DNA of 56,351 bases, filler included, from Sphacelaria rigidula (lineage: Eukaryota): NCBI GenBank assembly GCA_964200075.2. It is 7 parts of 7 records of this genome, joined end to end, with 100 filler letters (N's around TTAATTAATTAA, not from the genome) between each part and the next. Parts side by side here need not be neighbours in the genome. Positions count along the whole stretch, not along the records: positions 1 to 7,966 come from CAXNAA020012814.1; positions 8,067 to 16,031 come from CAXNAA020012815.1; 5 more parts are not named here. One strand, 5' to 3'. A program made the translations under genes and the position numbers. This document shows positions 1 to 11,817 of this stretch, one piece after another (the first letter of the stretch is position 1; each line of letters opens with the position of its first letter). The notes under the pieces were generated by a model. The model saw nothing but the letters and a program-made list of their open reading frames with translations. It searched no databases and had not been told where the DNA came from.

Positions 1-140
1 AAAATAGAGCAAATCTTTCCGAGGGGACCAACTCCGCCAAGACCCGTATTCCGCCAATAATCCGAGGTGAAAGGTTCAACAGGGCAGTTCTCACAAGGTT
101 CTCGGACAGACTTTTTTTCAGACTATAACAAGCGGCCTGA

Positions 141-1210
141 TAGGCATTAGCTCCGTAAGCGCGCTTAAGGTTTAGCTTAATTTGGGGTTCTCGGGCTCAA
201 ATAAGCTCTTTTTCGAAAAGCTTGAAGAGTGGTTGAAATGTTTTAAAAGCTTATAATGTGCTCGACATGCGCATAAAACTGCGATGATTTTTCATGCGCC
301 TCCTGCAGCCAGTGTATTAGCTGCTTGAAAGTGCTCCCTATGGCCTATGACGTGACTCGTCACTCGCTACTCGTCACCAGACGGGCTTCAATACTCAATA
401 CTCCAAATTGCCATGGTTGCGGATCTGATCCAAAAAACATTTATGTTTGTGCTTCATATATTTGATACTATGTTCAATCGAAAAATGCAATCCATATTTT
501 GTATAATAATAATAGTTGTGCCGTGGAGCCCATTGTACATAGTACAGCGTACAACCTACAGGGTTAGCTCATCGACTTCGTGTATATTAAGCAGCATACA
601 GGCTACACCGGGGGGGAAAGTCCGCCAGCTTGCTGTTTTCCCCTTCGTGAACCCCGAGGTCATGGCAGGCCTTTTGTCCGAGAAGGATGAGTTTTTGGTC
701 GCGGCCTCGGGCGCGCTCTCAAATAACGGTTTGCTGTAGTACAATCGGAGCCGGAAGTTTGACACGATTTCAAATGCCGACTGATGGTAGATGATGGGGG
801 GGGCGGAGGCGGTAGCTTGTAGTTTGAGACTTGCCGGGCGAGAGGCCGAAGGCTGCAATACCCTGTGTCCAGAGGCTGCAATGACCTACTGCTACATCAG
901 GCATCATGAGTGTACGTAGTGCGGACACATTGTTTCGATAAGTGATTTGGGGTGGCATTCAGACTCAATGATCGAAGAAAAGTCCTATTTTTCAATTCAA
1001 AACAATTTTTAAAGCTTCGAATACCCAAGTTGTCGTCTTCTCCTCATGCTAGAAGGTGCGCCTGGTGAGGGGATGCTGCCACAACGCCACAACAAGGACG
1101 CGAAGGAGGCGCATAAAGTACGCATATTTTCGCTGAAAAAGGCTTAAAATGTGGCATAAAACAAGGGGGGGAAGCCTAAATAAAAAAAAGGCTTACGGAG
1201 CTAATGCCTA
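141..1210. mobile_element. Non-autonomous hAT-type DNA transposon (1070 bp)
   Basis: Perfect 20-bp TIR: TAGGCATTAGCTCCGTAAGC (141-160) and GCTTACGGAGCTAATGCCTA (1191-1210). Flanked by an 8-bp TSD with one mismatch: CGGCCTGA (133-140) and CGGCCTAA (1211-1218). An 8-bp TSD with a TAGG terminus is typical of hAT. No intact transposase. Confidence 0.85.
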
Positions 1211-1557
1211 CGGCCTAACCAGAGAGAGCAGACATTTGTTGCAAAAAATAAATGACAGTACAGTACAGTACAATCGATGAGTGATGCAAGAGCATGATGT
1301 GCGTATATGTTGTTCTTATCTGACGGCATTGCTTACTACTACACTTAGCGTGTTGAGTGTACTACCTTGCTTTGGTAACGACATCTCATTCATGGGGGGG
1401 TGTTGCGAATCTAGATCATACCGCCGATATCCATTGCGTTTGAATAAAGTCGTTGCAACAAAGATAGGCGGTACAACTTGTAACGGTAGGAAATCACGAA
1501 CCATGTATCTCTTTCACGGAGAGGAACTCTTTTGTGTTGATTTATAGTCTACTACTT

Positions 1558-1809
1558 TATTCTTTGGCTCAGGCACAGGGTAATGGTTTTATATATTTTA
1601 TTAAAGAGCACCCAAGTTCTACTGTAACTTGGGAGAGTGTTAATGAGATGAAGAGTAGTTGAACGTGAGTGGGCAAGGGTGGCGGTCTGCTCCGCTGCTC
1701 TCAGCCGTTCTGTACATTCGCACACACTTGACTGTCGGTACTCGTACGTCACCCCGATCCCCGGTTCTACTTAGATCCAGCATTACTGTGTATCTAAATC
1801 ACTCGAACA
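1558..1809 (-). repeat. 3' LTR of the copia element
   Basis: TATTC...GAACA (outer terminus mutated). By eye it differs from 4866-5122 by about 16 substitutions and 2 small indels (~93% identity). Confidence 0.93.
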
Positions 1810-1819
1810 CCCTCCTTGA
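1810..1819 (-). other. Polypurine tract (TCAAGGAGGG on minus strand)
   Basis: Purine-rich tract directly adjoining the 3' LTR. Confidence 0.75.
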
Positions 1820-2109
1820 TCGGATACCTCAGCACTCAAAGCTCAAAAACAAAAATAAGGAGGAAACTCGGCTTTCCGAGCAAAACCCCTTATCACACAA
1901 ACTCCACCGCTTGTGCTCAGAAACAAACAGCCCTTTATCTCAGACGCCCAGGCCAGGGCACCTACTCTTGACAACGGGAAACGCCCCACAAAGTAGTGTG
2001 AGCGGCTTCACCCGATGTAAGTGCATATGCATTACGGAAACCATGACCTCGAACATCTAGAGCTGACAAATCGAAAGATACACACAAAACAAAATAGGTG
2101 CCTACTCGC

Positions 2110-3695
2110 TGTCCCCAGTGGTAATCAAGACGCGACGGTGCCTCTTGAACGGCGTGATTGGGAGCGGCTTTGTAAGAATACCAGCGTGTTGCCACTCCAA
2201 ATCCACATGAACAATCCTTACTGCTCCCGCCCTAACTAAATCCCTAATAAAGTGCCACCTCACGTCGATATGCTTACTTCGACCCGAGCTGAGAGAGTTG
2301 TCGGCTAGAGCCTTGGCCCCCCATTGCCTTCATGAAGAACAATGCCATACTCCACCTGCCGTCCCAACACAACCCTTGGTCGTAGGAAAGACAGTACCGA
2401 CCTGACAAACATGCATTCCTTCGCCCCTTCAGCCATAGCTACGTACTCGGCTTCGGTGGTTGACAGGGTAACGCAGTGTCGCGTTCGACTAGTACTTGAT
2501 ACTGCTATCCCCCCGTACATGACCGCTACCCCGGAAACTGATCGCCGGTCTGTATCTTTCTTGGCGTGATCAGCATCACAGTAGACTGGAGCCTATTTTC
2601 CCCTGAACTAAAAGTCAGACCGTTATTTCTGGTCGTATTGAGGTACGCCAAAACTTTCAACACCCCTTGCCAGTGTCTTTCCCTTGGGTCATGTGATTGT
2701 CGGGCCAGGTCTCGGGCTGCATTCGTAATGCCAGGCCTTGTTACCCCAGCAAATCACATCAACCCTCCCACGGCACTCCGGTATGGTCTATCTAAAATCT
2801 TGTCACCTCGCTTCACCGGTCCCAAGTCTGCAGATACTGATGAGGAAATATCAGAAAATTCCGTAACCTCGAAACATTTCAGCATGGTGTCGACAAAGGT
2901 CGTCTGATTTACGTACATAGTACCTCTTTTCCAATTCCTCACTATGGCACACCCCATATACCACTGAACTTCACCTAAGTTGTTTGTCGGGAATCTGTTG
3001 TTTAGGATATTGCGTACCCTCTCCACTATTTTCATTTCTCCCCCAATTAGAATGTCGTCCACATGCACAACAAGTATGGCACACACTTCCCCCCCTTCCT
3101 CCAGTCTGTATACACGGGTCAGCCTTACTTTGTGACATTCGTACATCCTCCATCAGTGTTTTGTTCAGGAGGAGGGGGCATTGTCTCCCTACTTGTGTTA
3201 CGCCGTATATGGATTTTTCCAGCCTAACCGTTCCACCCGTCAAGTTTCCACACCCTTCTAGAAGCTCCATGAACACGCTCGTGTCCATTTTGGCTCGTAC
3301 GAAAGCCTGGGTAACGTCGAAGTGATACAGTGGCCATCCTCTCTGTACCGCCACGGCCATGACCAATTTTATTGATGTCATGGCCGGGGTGGCTGCAAAC
3401 GTCTCAAATAGTCCACGGCGAATCTCTGGCCAAACCCACGCGCCACTAATCTAGCCTTCGCTTTAGTTACAGCACCATTAGCGTCGGTTTTCCAAGTGAA
3501 CACCCATTTGGCTATGATTATGTTTACTCCTTTTGGAATTTCTCCTCTTGAGAATGTGCCTGCGGTTTCATGCCCATTCAGTTCTGCATGCATGGCACTC
3601 AACCATATTCCCTTATTTTCCGATTTTTCTATGTCTCCTACTGTTACGGGGGGAGTTTCCACATCTCTCACGTGCAGACTGATGGGGGAACGCAA
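2110..3695 (-). pseudogene. Copia reverse transcriptase and RNase H, frameshifted
   Basis: Motifs spread over several frames: WLSAMHAEL, KWVFTWK..KAKARLVARGF, HFDVTQAF, LEKSIYG, VHVDDILI, YRSAVGGLM, DRRSVSG, LSTTEAEYVA, KHIDVRWHFIR. Confidence 0.92.
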
Positions 3696-4124
3696 ACCAA
3701 AACTGGGCTCCGCCTCTGTCTCGTTTTCGGCCGAAAAACAAAAATACTCCTGCTCGTCTCCTCGATCAGCATGGCCGCACTGCCTCCCACCTCTGGTCCG
3801 GCTGCTGCAGTGATCAGCTCCGTCATCCCGCGCTTATCCTCCGCCATTCCATACAGTACAATCTCCGCTTGAGCCCTCGCCTGAACCCTCGCCATCGCGC
3901 GGGAAAAAAGTTCGTTTCTTTCCCATGCCAGCGTTTTCTCCAGCTCCTCTGCCGCCAACGCTAGCTCGTTCCGGTCGGCCGCCGCTCTCGTCGCACTGCG
4001 CGTGCGGCCTGCCATTTGTGGAGGCAGAGATAACTCATCGTCGAGTGCAAGACGGCGTAGCTCCGTCCTTGGGATTTCGGGAGCTCCACCGCCCCCTCCC
4101 GTCGTTACGCACGGGGGTGTCAAC

Positions 4125-4320
4125 GGTTGTCGGTGTTGTTGCTGTCGGCGTTGTCGGCGGCGTTGTTGCTGTCGGCGTTGGCGGCAGCGATGTTGCTGTC
4201 GGCGGTGGTGTTGCTGTCGGCGGCGATGTTGCTGTTTGCGGCGATGTCGCTGTCGGTGGCGGTGTTGCTGTCGGCGACGATGTCGCTGTCGGCGGCGACG
4301 TGACTGTCGGCCGCGGTGTG
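4125..4320 (-). repeat. ~18-bp minisatellite (GTTGCTGTCGGCGGCGAT-like, ~10 units) encoding Pro/Thr repeats inside the copia element
   Basis: Visible tandem units; the minus-strand translation is PPTATS/PPTATP repeats. Confidence 0.85.
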
Positions 4321-4416
4321 GGCGGCGCTGATCCCCCGTCATCAATGAGGTGCCGGACAGGGTTGCGTAACATCCCGCGCCCCCCCCCGCTTCTGTAAGG
4401 AGGCGGCGAGGTCATC

Positions 4417-4839
4417 TCACCCCCCCCCGCCCATAGCGGGGGTCCGTTGTGCCGCGTCTGCGTTCAGCTCTGGGTTGAGGAGCAAGAACGACATGTGACG
4501 TGAACCGCGGGGTGAAGCACGCGCCGCCGGAGTTTGCTGTTCCGCGGACTCGCTGCCGGCCGGCCCTCCTCTGATCTTGTCATCCCTCGCTCCGTCGGGC
4601 GTCGGGATCGCTTGATCTTCGCTTTCGACGACGCCACTCCACCTCGCGCCTCCGGGCTCTCGATCTTCGATGCCATCTACCCTACCCTGTATTACAGCCT
4701 GTGTAGATTGTACATCTCTGACCATCTCGGTCAGTGTGCTAAATTGACCACTGAACAGACTCATCATGATTTCAAGGTGATTGTCAGTCCGTCTAATCTT
4801 TCTTCTGAAGACGGAGCAATGCCATCATTCCTAGCCATA
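4417..4839 (-). pseudogene. N-terminal gag remnant of the copia element
   Basis: ATG ~27 nt inside the 5' LTR boundary (MARNDGIAPSSEERLDGL), then a frameshift into a coiled-coil-like stretch (FSTLTEMVRDVQSTQAVIQGRVDGIE). The position is the one expected for gag. Confidence 0.6.
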
Positions 4840-4865
4840 CTTGCCCAATCGATTGATCACTAGTG

Positions 4866-5122
4866 TGTTCCTTGGCTCAGGCACAGGGTAATGATTTTAT
4901 ATATATATTATTGAAGAGCACCCAAGTTCTACTGTAACTTGGGAGAGTGCTGATGAGATGAAGAGTAGTTGAACGTGAGTGGGCACGGGTGGATGTATGC
5001 TCCGCTGCTCTCAGCCGTACTGTACCACATTCGCACACACTGGACTGTCGGTACTCGTACGTCACCCCTATCCCCGGTTCTACGTAGATCCAGCATTACT
5101 GTGTATCTAAATCACTAGAACA
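4866..5122 (-). repeat. 5' LTR of the copia element
   Basis: TGTTC...GAACA inverted termini; direct repeat of 1558-1809. Confidence 0.95.
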
Positions 5123-6819
5123 TACTTATTTGAATGACTTTTCAAGTAGAATATTGCTGGAGTAGGCGTGTTGCCATGATTTTTCAATTAAAGATATTCT
5201 AGCAGAGTATTTAAGCCACGTAAGCTATAAGACATCTTGCGCACAAGATTGCAATTGATCTGAGCTGAAGAGCTGGCAAGGCTACCGTGTCAGCAGTAGC
5301 AATGTTGAATTGGGTGATACGATTTGATATTACGTACATGTAGAGACTTCTTCTGCTTTTTCTTCTAGGTTTGAGCGTGCTCGGATTCGGTGACCTATAC
5401 CGCCTATAAGCAATCATTCTCCCGAGCTTACCCAGCTCTCCTTCGTTTCCTCCAGCCCTCTGCTTGCAAAAGAGGCTGCTTGATTTTGTTCTGCCAAGTG
5501 TTTTTTCTACTTTTTCTGTCTGCTGCAGAAGCAAGTGGTTTTACTACCACTGTGTAACCTCTGCCATACACTACTGTCCACGCGACGGTAGTCGGTCGGT
5601 CTCGAGGACAGTACCACACAACTCGAGCCAATATTTCCAACAGTTTGCCGCTTGGGATTAGCAACGCCGACGAACAACCTCGTCAAATTGATATGGTTGA
5701 GTGGCAAATACTCGGCCAATCGATGGAACTTGGGGAATGTTGATTGTGCAGCTCCCCAAATTGGTGACGGTCTGTGGAGTATGACTTGAAGTACTCGCTT
5801 AGTGCACATGGGCCGTTACGAGCACGTTTGGCTCTTCGGTATTTGTTGACGCCATAGTCGGCCGGACCTTTAGATACTGATTTTCCCAGTTGCGATACAT
5901 CAGAGGGAAAGCTGCGTTGTCCCCGCGATATCTCGACTTGCTGCACCCCCACGCTACACGACGTCAAAAGTGTTCGAAATGTTACGAAAACGCCTATTTA
6001 TATTGCCGCGAAGGGCGCAATGGTGCGTCTAAGCCAACGACCCCGAAAAAATACTGGAAACGTTGGCATCCTAGTGGAAGCTCTGCGGTCTAGGATTCAC
6101 GAGGAAACATCCATCAACATCAAGCGCTGGGGGAGGGGGGGAGGGGGAGCATGCATTGTTTCCTTGGGACCAAGATCTCAATTCAAGGTGATGGGGGGTG
6201 TTGAGCGTACAACCTACAGAACTGAAACAAATCGCCTTTGGTGGAGATTCCGAATGGCCCTTGGACATTTCATTCAGATTTTGAGGTCATTATTTTTCAA
6301 ACTATGAGCTAGAAAAGACATATTTCGATAAATTTATGCGGGATCAAGAATACGATAAAAGATGAGTCACTGTAAACGGTAATATCTTCAACGGCGAATA
6401 ATATGGGTCGATTGAAAACCCAGCCTTGCTGGGACCCACGTATTTCTTGGCACACACGCGAGGACAGCGTATAGAGCAGATTTGTGGTGAATGCAATCGA
6501 ACATAGGATATCCGCGAACCTCATGGAAACCTATGTAGATTTGCATATTGGTGCGACATATGCCACAGGTCGACCCTAGGTTGAAGAAGTAAAAGCTACC
6601 ACCATTTGGCCTTCGCTTCAAACTACGGTAGTAGCAGAGTTGCCGACGTGAAGAATGTAACGCGCTTTATATTCGTCGGTAGGCATACGGGCCCCTGCGA
6701 GAAAAAGCGAGCGCGGTGACTGACAGGAGAAATACGCATACGCATCCGTAGCTATTCCCCAGAGAACATTGTCGGAAAGATTATGTAAATAGGGCACTCG
6801 ACGCCACAGGCAATTCTAT

Positions 6820-7274
6820 AAGGGTGTACATATCGCTCCCATTGGTGCTAAATGGGGCATAGCACCCAGAGCAAGGCAGTGAGAAAGCTGACCTATACTT
6901 TCTCTTCGACCTACGGTAGCTACGCCGCCGATAGTTGTGTCGTATAAGAAGAATCGTCGGGGCCTTCCCGCACGCGAAATCTTCTGGTAGAGCGGGGCAT
7001 TGTCTGCAGAGGAATGGTTGAGGTTTGGGGTTCTTGTCGCCCCGAGCGAAAGCACCAAGGTATGCATATCGCTACCGTAGATGCTATACGGAGTACAGCA
7101 CCCAGGTCAATGAAAAATCAACCTCAACTTTCTTATAACCAACGGTGGCTACACCACCGACGTTCGTGTCGAAGCAGATACGTCGCCGGGACCTTTCCAC
7201 ACGCGAACTCTTGTGGTATGCAGGGCCTTGTCTGCAGATGAATAGTCGAGGATCGGAGTTTTTATCGCCCCGAG
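6820..7274. repeat. Degenerate tandem duplication, ~230-bp unit x2
   Basis: 6820-7046 and 7057-7274 share colinear anchors CATATCGCT, AGCACCCAG, ACGGTRGCTAC, TTGTCTGCAGA and TCGCCCCGAG. A 21-bp repeat (ATTGACTC..., x2.5) follows at 7277-7330. Confidence 0.75.
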
Positions 7275-7710
7275 TTATTGACTCATTACCCTGCGCGATT
7301 GACTCATTGCCCTGAGTGATTGACTCCTTGTGTTGTAACACACGGTCCATCACTGCTGGATCTCATCATCTCGTCAACATTATGGTTTGTATCATACTAG
7401 AACTCGTGAGCTCGAACACGCGTGATCGGACAAGACAGAATCAAGCGCAGGCGAAGAAGCAGGCAACGACGCAAAGAGGGTATCACGCACCTACTATAGC
7501 TACCATACAAGACAAGGCAAGGTAGAACAAAAAGGGAGACCCAAACGAAAATCGGGCAGAAAAAGTAAAAACAAACACGTTCGAAAAGCAAAAACAAAAA
7601 GAGGGAAAATGACTATTGGCACAACCATCTGCATTGCCTGAACACACTATGGTATTATTGTTTTTTGAATCGCACTCTCGACCCCCCCCCCTCCCCCTTT
7701 CCGGTGAGAC

Positions 7711-7966
7711 ACCCATGAGGCAGTGTATAAACCGTGGCTGTCTCTGGAAGAGGCGATACCAAATAATAAAGCAACTTATTGTAGGCTGTCATCCAAATGC
7801 AAGATAACCAGTAGGCTCCGGGCCGAACAATCTTAGTAGGACGTAGATGTTCATCCTTCATGCGACGCGCCGAACACACCACGGCGCTTCGCGCTTGGTG
7901 ATTGAGTGCGAGCCTGGTCCGGCGAAAGCCCGGCGTGCTCCCTCCCGGCTTTGTCAGGATGCGAGG
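7711..7966 (+). mobile_element. LINE 3'-end fragment (family X), cut by contig end
   Basis: Colinear with 33535-33760; preceded by a C-tract at 7682-7697. Confidence 0.75.
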
Positions 7967-8066
7967 NNNNNNNNNNNNNNNNNNNNNNNNNNNNNNNNNN
8001 NNNNNNNNNNTTAATTAATTAANNNNNNNNNNNNNNNNNNNNNNNNNNNNNNNNNNNNNNNNNNNN
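7967..8066. other. Artificial contig spacer (44N-TTAATTAATTAA-44N)
   Basis: Identical 100-nt spacer recurring every ~8065 bp; the linker has stop codons in all six frames. Confidence 0.98.
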
Positions 8067-8459
8067 GATTCATTCATCACGAGTCAACTCATTGTACTAA
8101 AACCAAGTCATTTCCTGACGAATCATTATTTGTCCTAACCGTGGAAAGATGTATCATTGAAAAAGTGTACTCTTAAACCAAGTAAAGACAAAATACTGTC
8201 TCCCCAGAGCTGCAGAGAACGAAATGAACCCAAAATATACGTACTCTAAAATCAACTAAAGGCTGCAACACTCGTCTGTAAGGCTCTACAGTAATATGAC
8301 ACCTGTCTGCAGGGAATCGACTCCAGGGAAACGTTGTATGCTATTACTGTTATGCCCGAATTCTTTCCGACCGCCTCCCGTACCCCTGCTATGTTGACGC
8401 TCACCACACTCGTCACCCGTCTCCATGGCATCCGTATCCTTTGTTGACGACCACAACAG

Positions 8460-10612
8460 CACCCCGTACACCTGAGACCGAAGCGCGACTGGGCAGGCTC
8501 AACCTCTTCACCGCACACTTGCGCCGTACCATGGCCCGTATTCAAGCGGCCCGGAGCGGCCGTGAGCCTCTGACGCTATCCCAGCTCGGGCTCCTGGAAG
8601 ACCACATCGTAACGTCCATCATGCCTGTCAAAGCACGGGTCGAAGGTCAACTGCACAGTGCAAACGGTGGGCAGCCATCACTGTCACTGGTTGGGATCGG
8701 CGGCGGTGCGGTCCAGGGGGAGTACTCCGAAGTGAGCCTTAGTCCCGTCAAGCTGTCGTCCCCCTCAGGGCTAGGCGAGGGGTCTACCTCACGTGATTCG
8801 TCCATTTCTAGCGGAATGGCAGGTTTGGGTGGTACGGAAGCGGGCGGCGTTGGTGATCACTTTCTCGGAGGTGATAGTAAGAGGGATACCGCCGAGACGG
8901 GAGAGCCCGGCAAGATTCTGGATGAGGGGGGGGAGGCGGAGGCGGAAGAGGAGGACGACGGCAACGTAGGGCTGGAGCTGAGTGATGCAGCATTCGGGAT
9001 TCTGGCGGACGATGTCCCGCTTGCCGGAGGCACCAGTGTTTCTGACGGTGAACGTTTCGATGACCAGCACGATCTCCGGGTTGCTGAAAATGCGATGGGT
9101 ATCGGCGGTCGATGGGATGCTAATGAGGACGGTAGAGGCGACTGTGCGACGGCGGCGTCGCCGTTTTCGCCGCAGCCATATCGGCGCGATCCTTGCGATT
9201 TTCTCGGGCAGCTTGAGGCGGAGGGGGTCTTCGCGGCTTCGGATAGCTATTCCCCGTGTACGAGCCGTGTCGGATTCTCTCGAGACTTCCTCACCCTTCA
9301 CTCGTACCCGCTGCATAACGCCTCTCAGGACAGCTGCATTGAAGAGCTGTACGGGCCAGCTCCTATGGTAACATTGGGGTCGTGCGATGACGGAGAAGAG
9401 AAGTGTGGAGAAAAATGGTCGCCCATTTCCTCCGTTCGCGTAAAAGAAGCATCTGCTGGCATTAAGGCTGCGTCCCCGCAAGCTCAATCCTCTGCATCTA
9501 GATCTTCATCCCCGCCGCCTTGGGAGCTCCAGCAGGCTTCTGGGCCAGCGCCGCGGGAGCTTGACCGAACACGTGCCACAAATATGTCACCCTCCGTTGT
9601 CAGGAAAGATGATGGTGACAAAGGCTCGGCCGCTGGCGCCGCCACCACCACCACGTGTTCAGGTGGCAAGGACGAGGTACAAATAAACGTGGGCGGTGCT
9701 TTCTCTCCTGTGCGTAGCGGCGAGCCGCAAACCTCGATTGGGTGTGCGCAGGACGCTACCTCATCCCTGTCTTCACCACTAAACGGTGTTTCAGAGCAGA
9801 TGGGCAGACCTAAGGCCATCCCCCCATTATCCTCCCCTACCCCACCACGAAGCTTGCCAGCCTCCTCTTCCTCCGCCACCGCCGCCGCGGCTCCCAAGCG
9901 GCGGTCGGAAACTCCAGTTCTCCCGGCGCAGCCAGTGCCCACGGGTGACGCGGCTCGTACGAAAGCACAAGACCAGTCGCGGGCGCTGCCGCAGCAAACT
10001 GCCGCAGGTAAGACCACTAAGGTCGAGACGCCGGTGTCAGCGGCGGTCCGACCCGCCTTATCGTGGTTACATCTGCGGTGTTGCGGCAAAACACCAGCGG
10101 CGACGACTGTGGCGGCGCAAATGCCCGCTGCGTCCGGAGCGGGCGGTTCGAGACGCGGCGCGGCAGCAACAGCAGCGACAACAAATTCAACCCCAACAGC
10201 AACAGCAGCTCCAGCAGCTGTACGTTCTAGGACAGCGGTAGCAGCTGCGGCACCGGCGACGGTAACGCCGGTGGGGGAAGTTGGTGTCTGGGCGGGGGCC
10301 CCGGGAACTGTAGCCCCAACAATCGGAGGCGGAAGTGGGTTGACAAGAATGACGATCGGGCCTGCCCGGCCGACGAAGCGAAAAAGATCTTCGAGCATCC
10401 CTTCCGCGCTGTCACAGCCTCGAGAAGTCAACTACCAGTGCGGGGAGTGCGGGAAGAGCTACTCGGCCTCGGTGTCGGGTAATCCGTGGTGGGCACTGGT
10501 TCGGCAAGAGTGTCCCGAATGCCACAAGACCCAGATTCCGCGGATCGACATCTTGAACCCCACCAACAACGTTGACGGGCACGTGTCGTTTTTGACCGAG
10601 GTTTGCGCGGAG
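8460..10612 (+). CDS. Large internal exon: helical segment, long low-complexity region, then a zinc ribbon (YQCGECG...NPWWALVRQECPECHKTQIPRID). Uncharacterised, possibly a nuclear regulator.
   Basis: Open for >700 codons at high GC. Candidate acceptor CAACAG| at 8459 (5' boundary uncertain; the frame stays open upstream to about 8312). Donor GAG|GTGAGG at 10612/10613, phase 0. Confidence 0.85.
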
Positions 10613-10642
10613 GTGAGGCGCCTATGGAGAATTGTGAAGCGC

Positions 10643-10674
10643 GGGGAGGGGGGTGTACTCATGATCTTGCGTGC
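10643..10674 (-). mobile_element. Very short LINE 3' end (family X)
   Basis: Reverse complement reads GCACGCAAGATCATGAGTACACCCCCCTCCCC. Confidence 0.6.
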
Positions 10675-11817
10675 TTCACTCATGCGATTTTTCTTCTCGC
10701 GTTTGGCCGTGCACTGTATTCCCTGGCAGCGTCGTGAGTCCACATGTCACGGGGACAGCATTGGTGAAATACAAAATGGCCGATTTCGCTATTTTTTCCC
10801 TGAGTCAAAAGGTTATGGGGAAATTTGAGCATGTGCCATGGTTACTTTTTATTCGCGACGGAGAAAATGGGCAAGACTTTCATACAAAATGGGGGTGCCC
10901 ATTTTATGTCGAGTCGCTCAGCTTCACCGGTTAGGTATCATCCATTGATGCTAGTTTGCTTGGAGGGAAAAAAAGCATGAGCAGGCCACGCCTTCGCTGA
11001 CTTTGACAGCTAAATTATCAATAAGCGCAGATACATGCAATAGCCCGCGATGTGCCGAAACGATGGAGAAACAACGGTTTATTCTGGTCGTCTTCGCTGT
11101 AAATACGACCAAACGGTGAGTAACACACCCCCCTCGGCGGTTTTTCGAGAGTCACGCTCATTACTGCTACGTTTCTTACCCTGTACGGTTCCCCATGCAA
11201 CAAAGCACACCATGCCGAACTGAATGATGGGCGATGCGCCTTTCTGCTTCGCATGAAGTGCTTCTCTCTGTGTCTCGATATCGTATCCTCGATCAAGATG
11301 AGTCAACGTCCGCACATGTATGCCATCATCCAGCGTGAACATTTCGGATTGTTTTTTCTCCTTTTTTTTTTTCTTCAATTTCTGTTCATTCCGCTTGTTT
11401 CATGTCTCATGTACCATTACAAATGGTCTTGGTGTGACGATCTGGATCTGTCGACGGAGTACAAAATCAGCCGTTTTGTAACGCCAAGTCCAACGACCAT
11501 AACATGCGATCTTGACCTTTCTGTAGTCGTGTGCTCGTCCGCGTTCCTAAAACCGCACATGCCAATGCCTCCCTTCAAAGTTCAAGTGAGACAATGCTCT
11601 GACTGACGACAGGCACAAGGAGCCAGCGATTTCCTGCGTGTGCCGAGACAAGCGTTCCGCTCTAGAATATTGGCACTGAGGACAGGTAGCGTTGTTCGCC
11701 TGCGTCCGGGTCGCACGCATCCAGGAGCCACACTTACCGTCTGCGTCCGATCTTTCGTCGGCTGTTTCCCACTTTTCCCCCGTGTACCTAATTCTGAACG
11801 TCTTTTTGTTTTTTCAG

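Larger units (their letters stand above)
1558..5122 (-). mobile_element. Ty1/copia LTR retrotransposon, internally deleted and degenerate
   Basis: Two ~255-bp direct LTRs, a 5-bp TSD TACTT (1553-1557 and 5123-5127), a polypurine tract beside the left LTR, and copia-type RT and RNase H motifs on the minus strand. Confidence 0.95.

Noticed and set aside
546..561. 16-bp exact match AGCGTACAACCTACAG shared with ~6204-6219
   Set aside because: No extension on either side; one such match is plausible by chance in 56 kb.
590..640. PGVAC-like peptide similarity between the hAT core and the contig-5 spacer repeats
   Set aside because: Short, low identity and interrupted by stops; not distinguishable from chance.
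3668..4398. Arg/Gln-rich, Cys/Arg-rich and Val/Gly-rich ORFs (3668-, 4002+, 3925+)
   Set aside because: Alternative-frame readings of the 18-bp minisatellite inside the copia element.
8011..8022. TTAATTAATTAA motif recurring every ~8065 bp
   Set aside because: Assembly linker embedded in N runs; not biological periodicity.
8789..10431. Long antisense ORFs (232 aa and 315 aa)
   Set aside because: Shadow ORFs of a GC-rich coding exon; no motifs.
10613..10828. C-terminal 71 aa of the 795-aa ORF
   Set aside because: Read-through into an intron past the GAG|GTGAGG donor; contains a LINE fragment.
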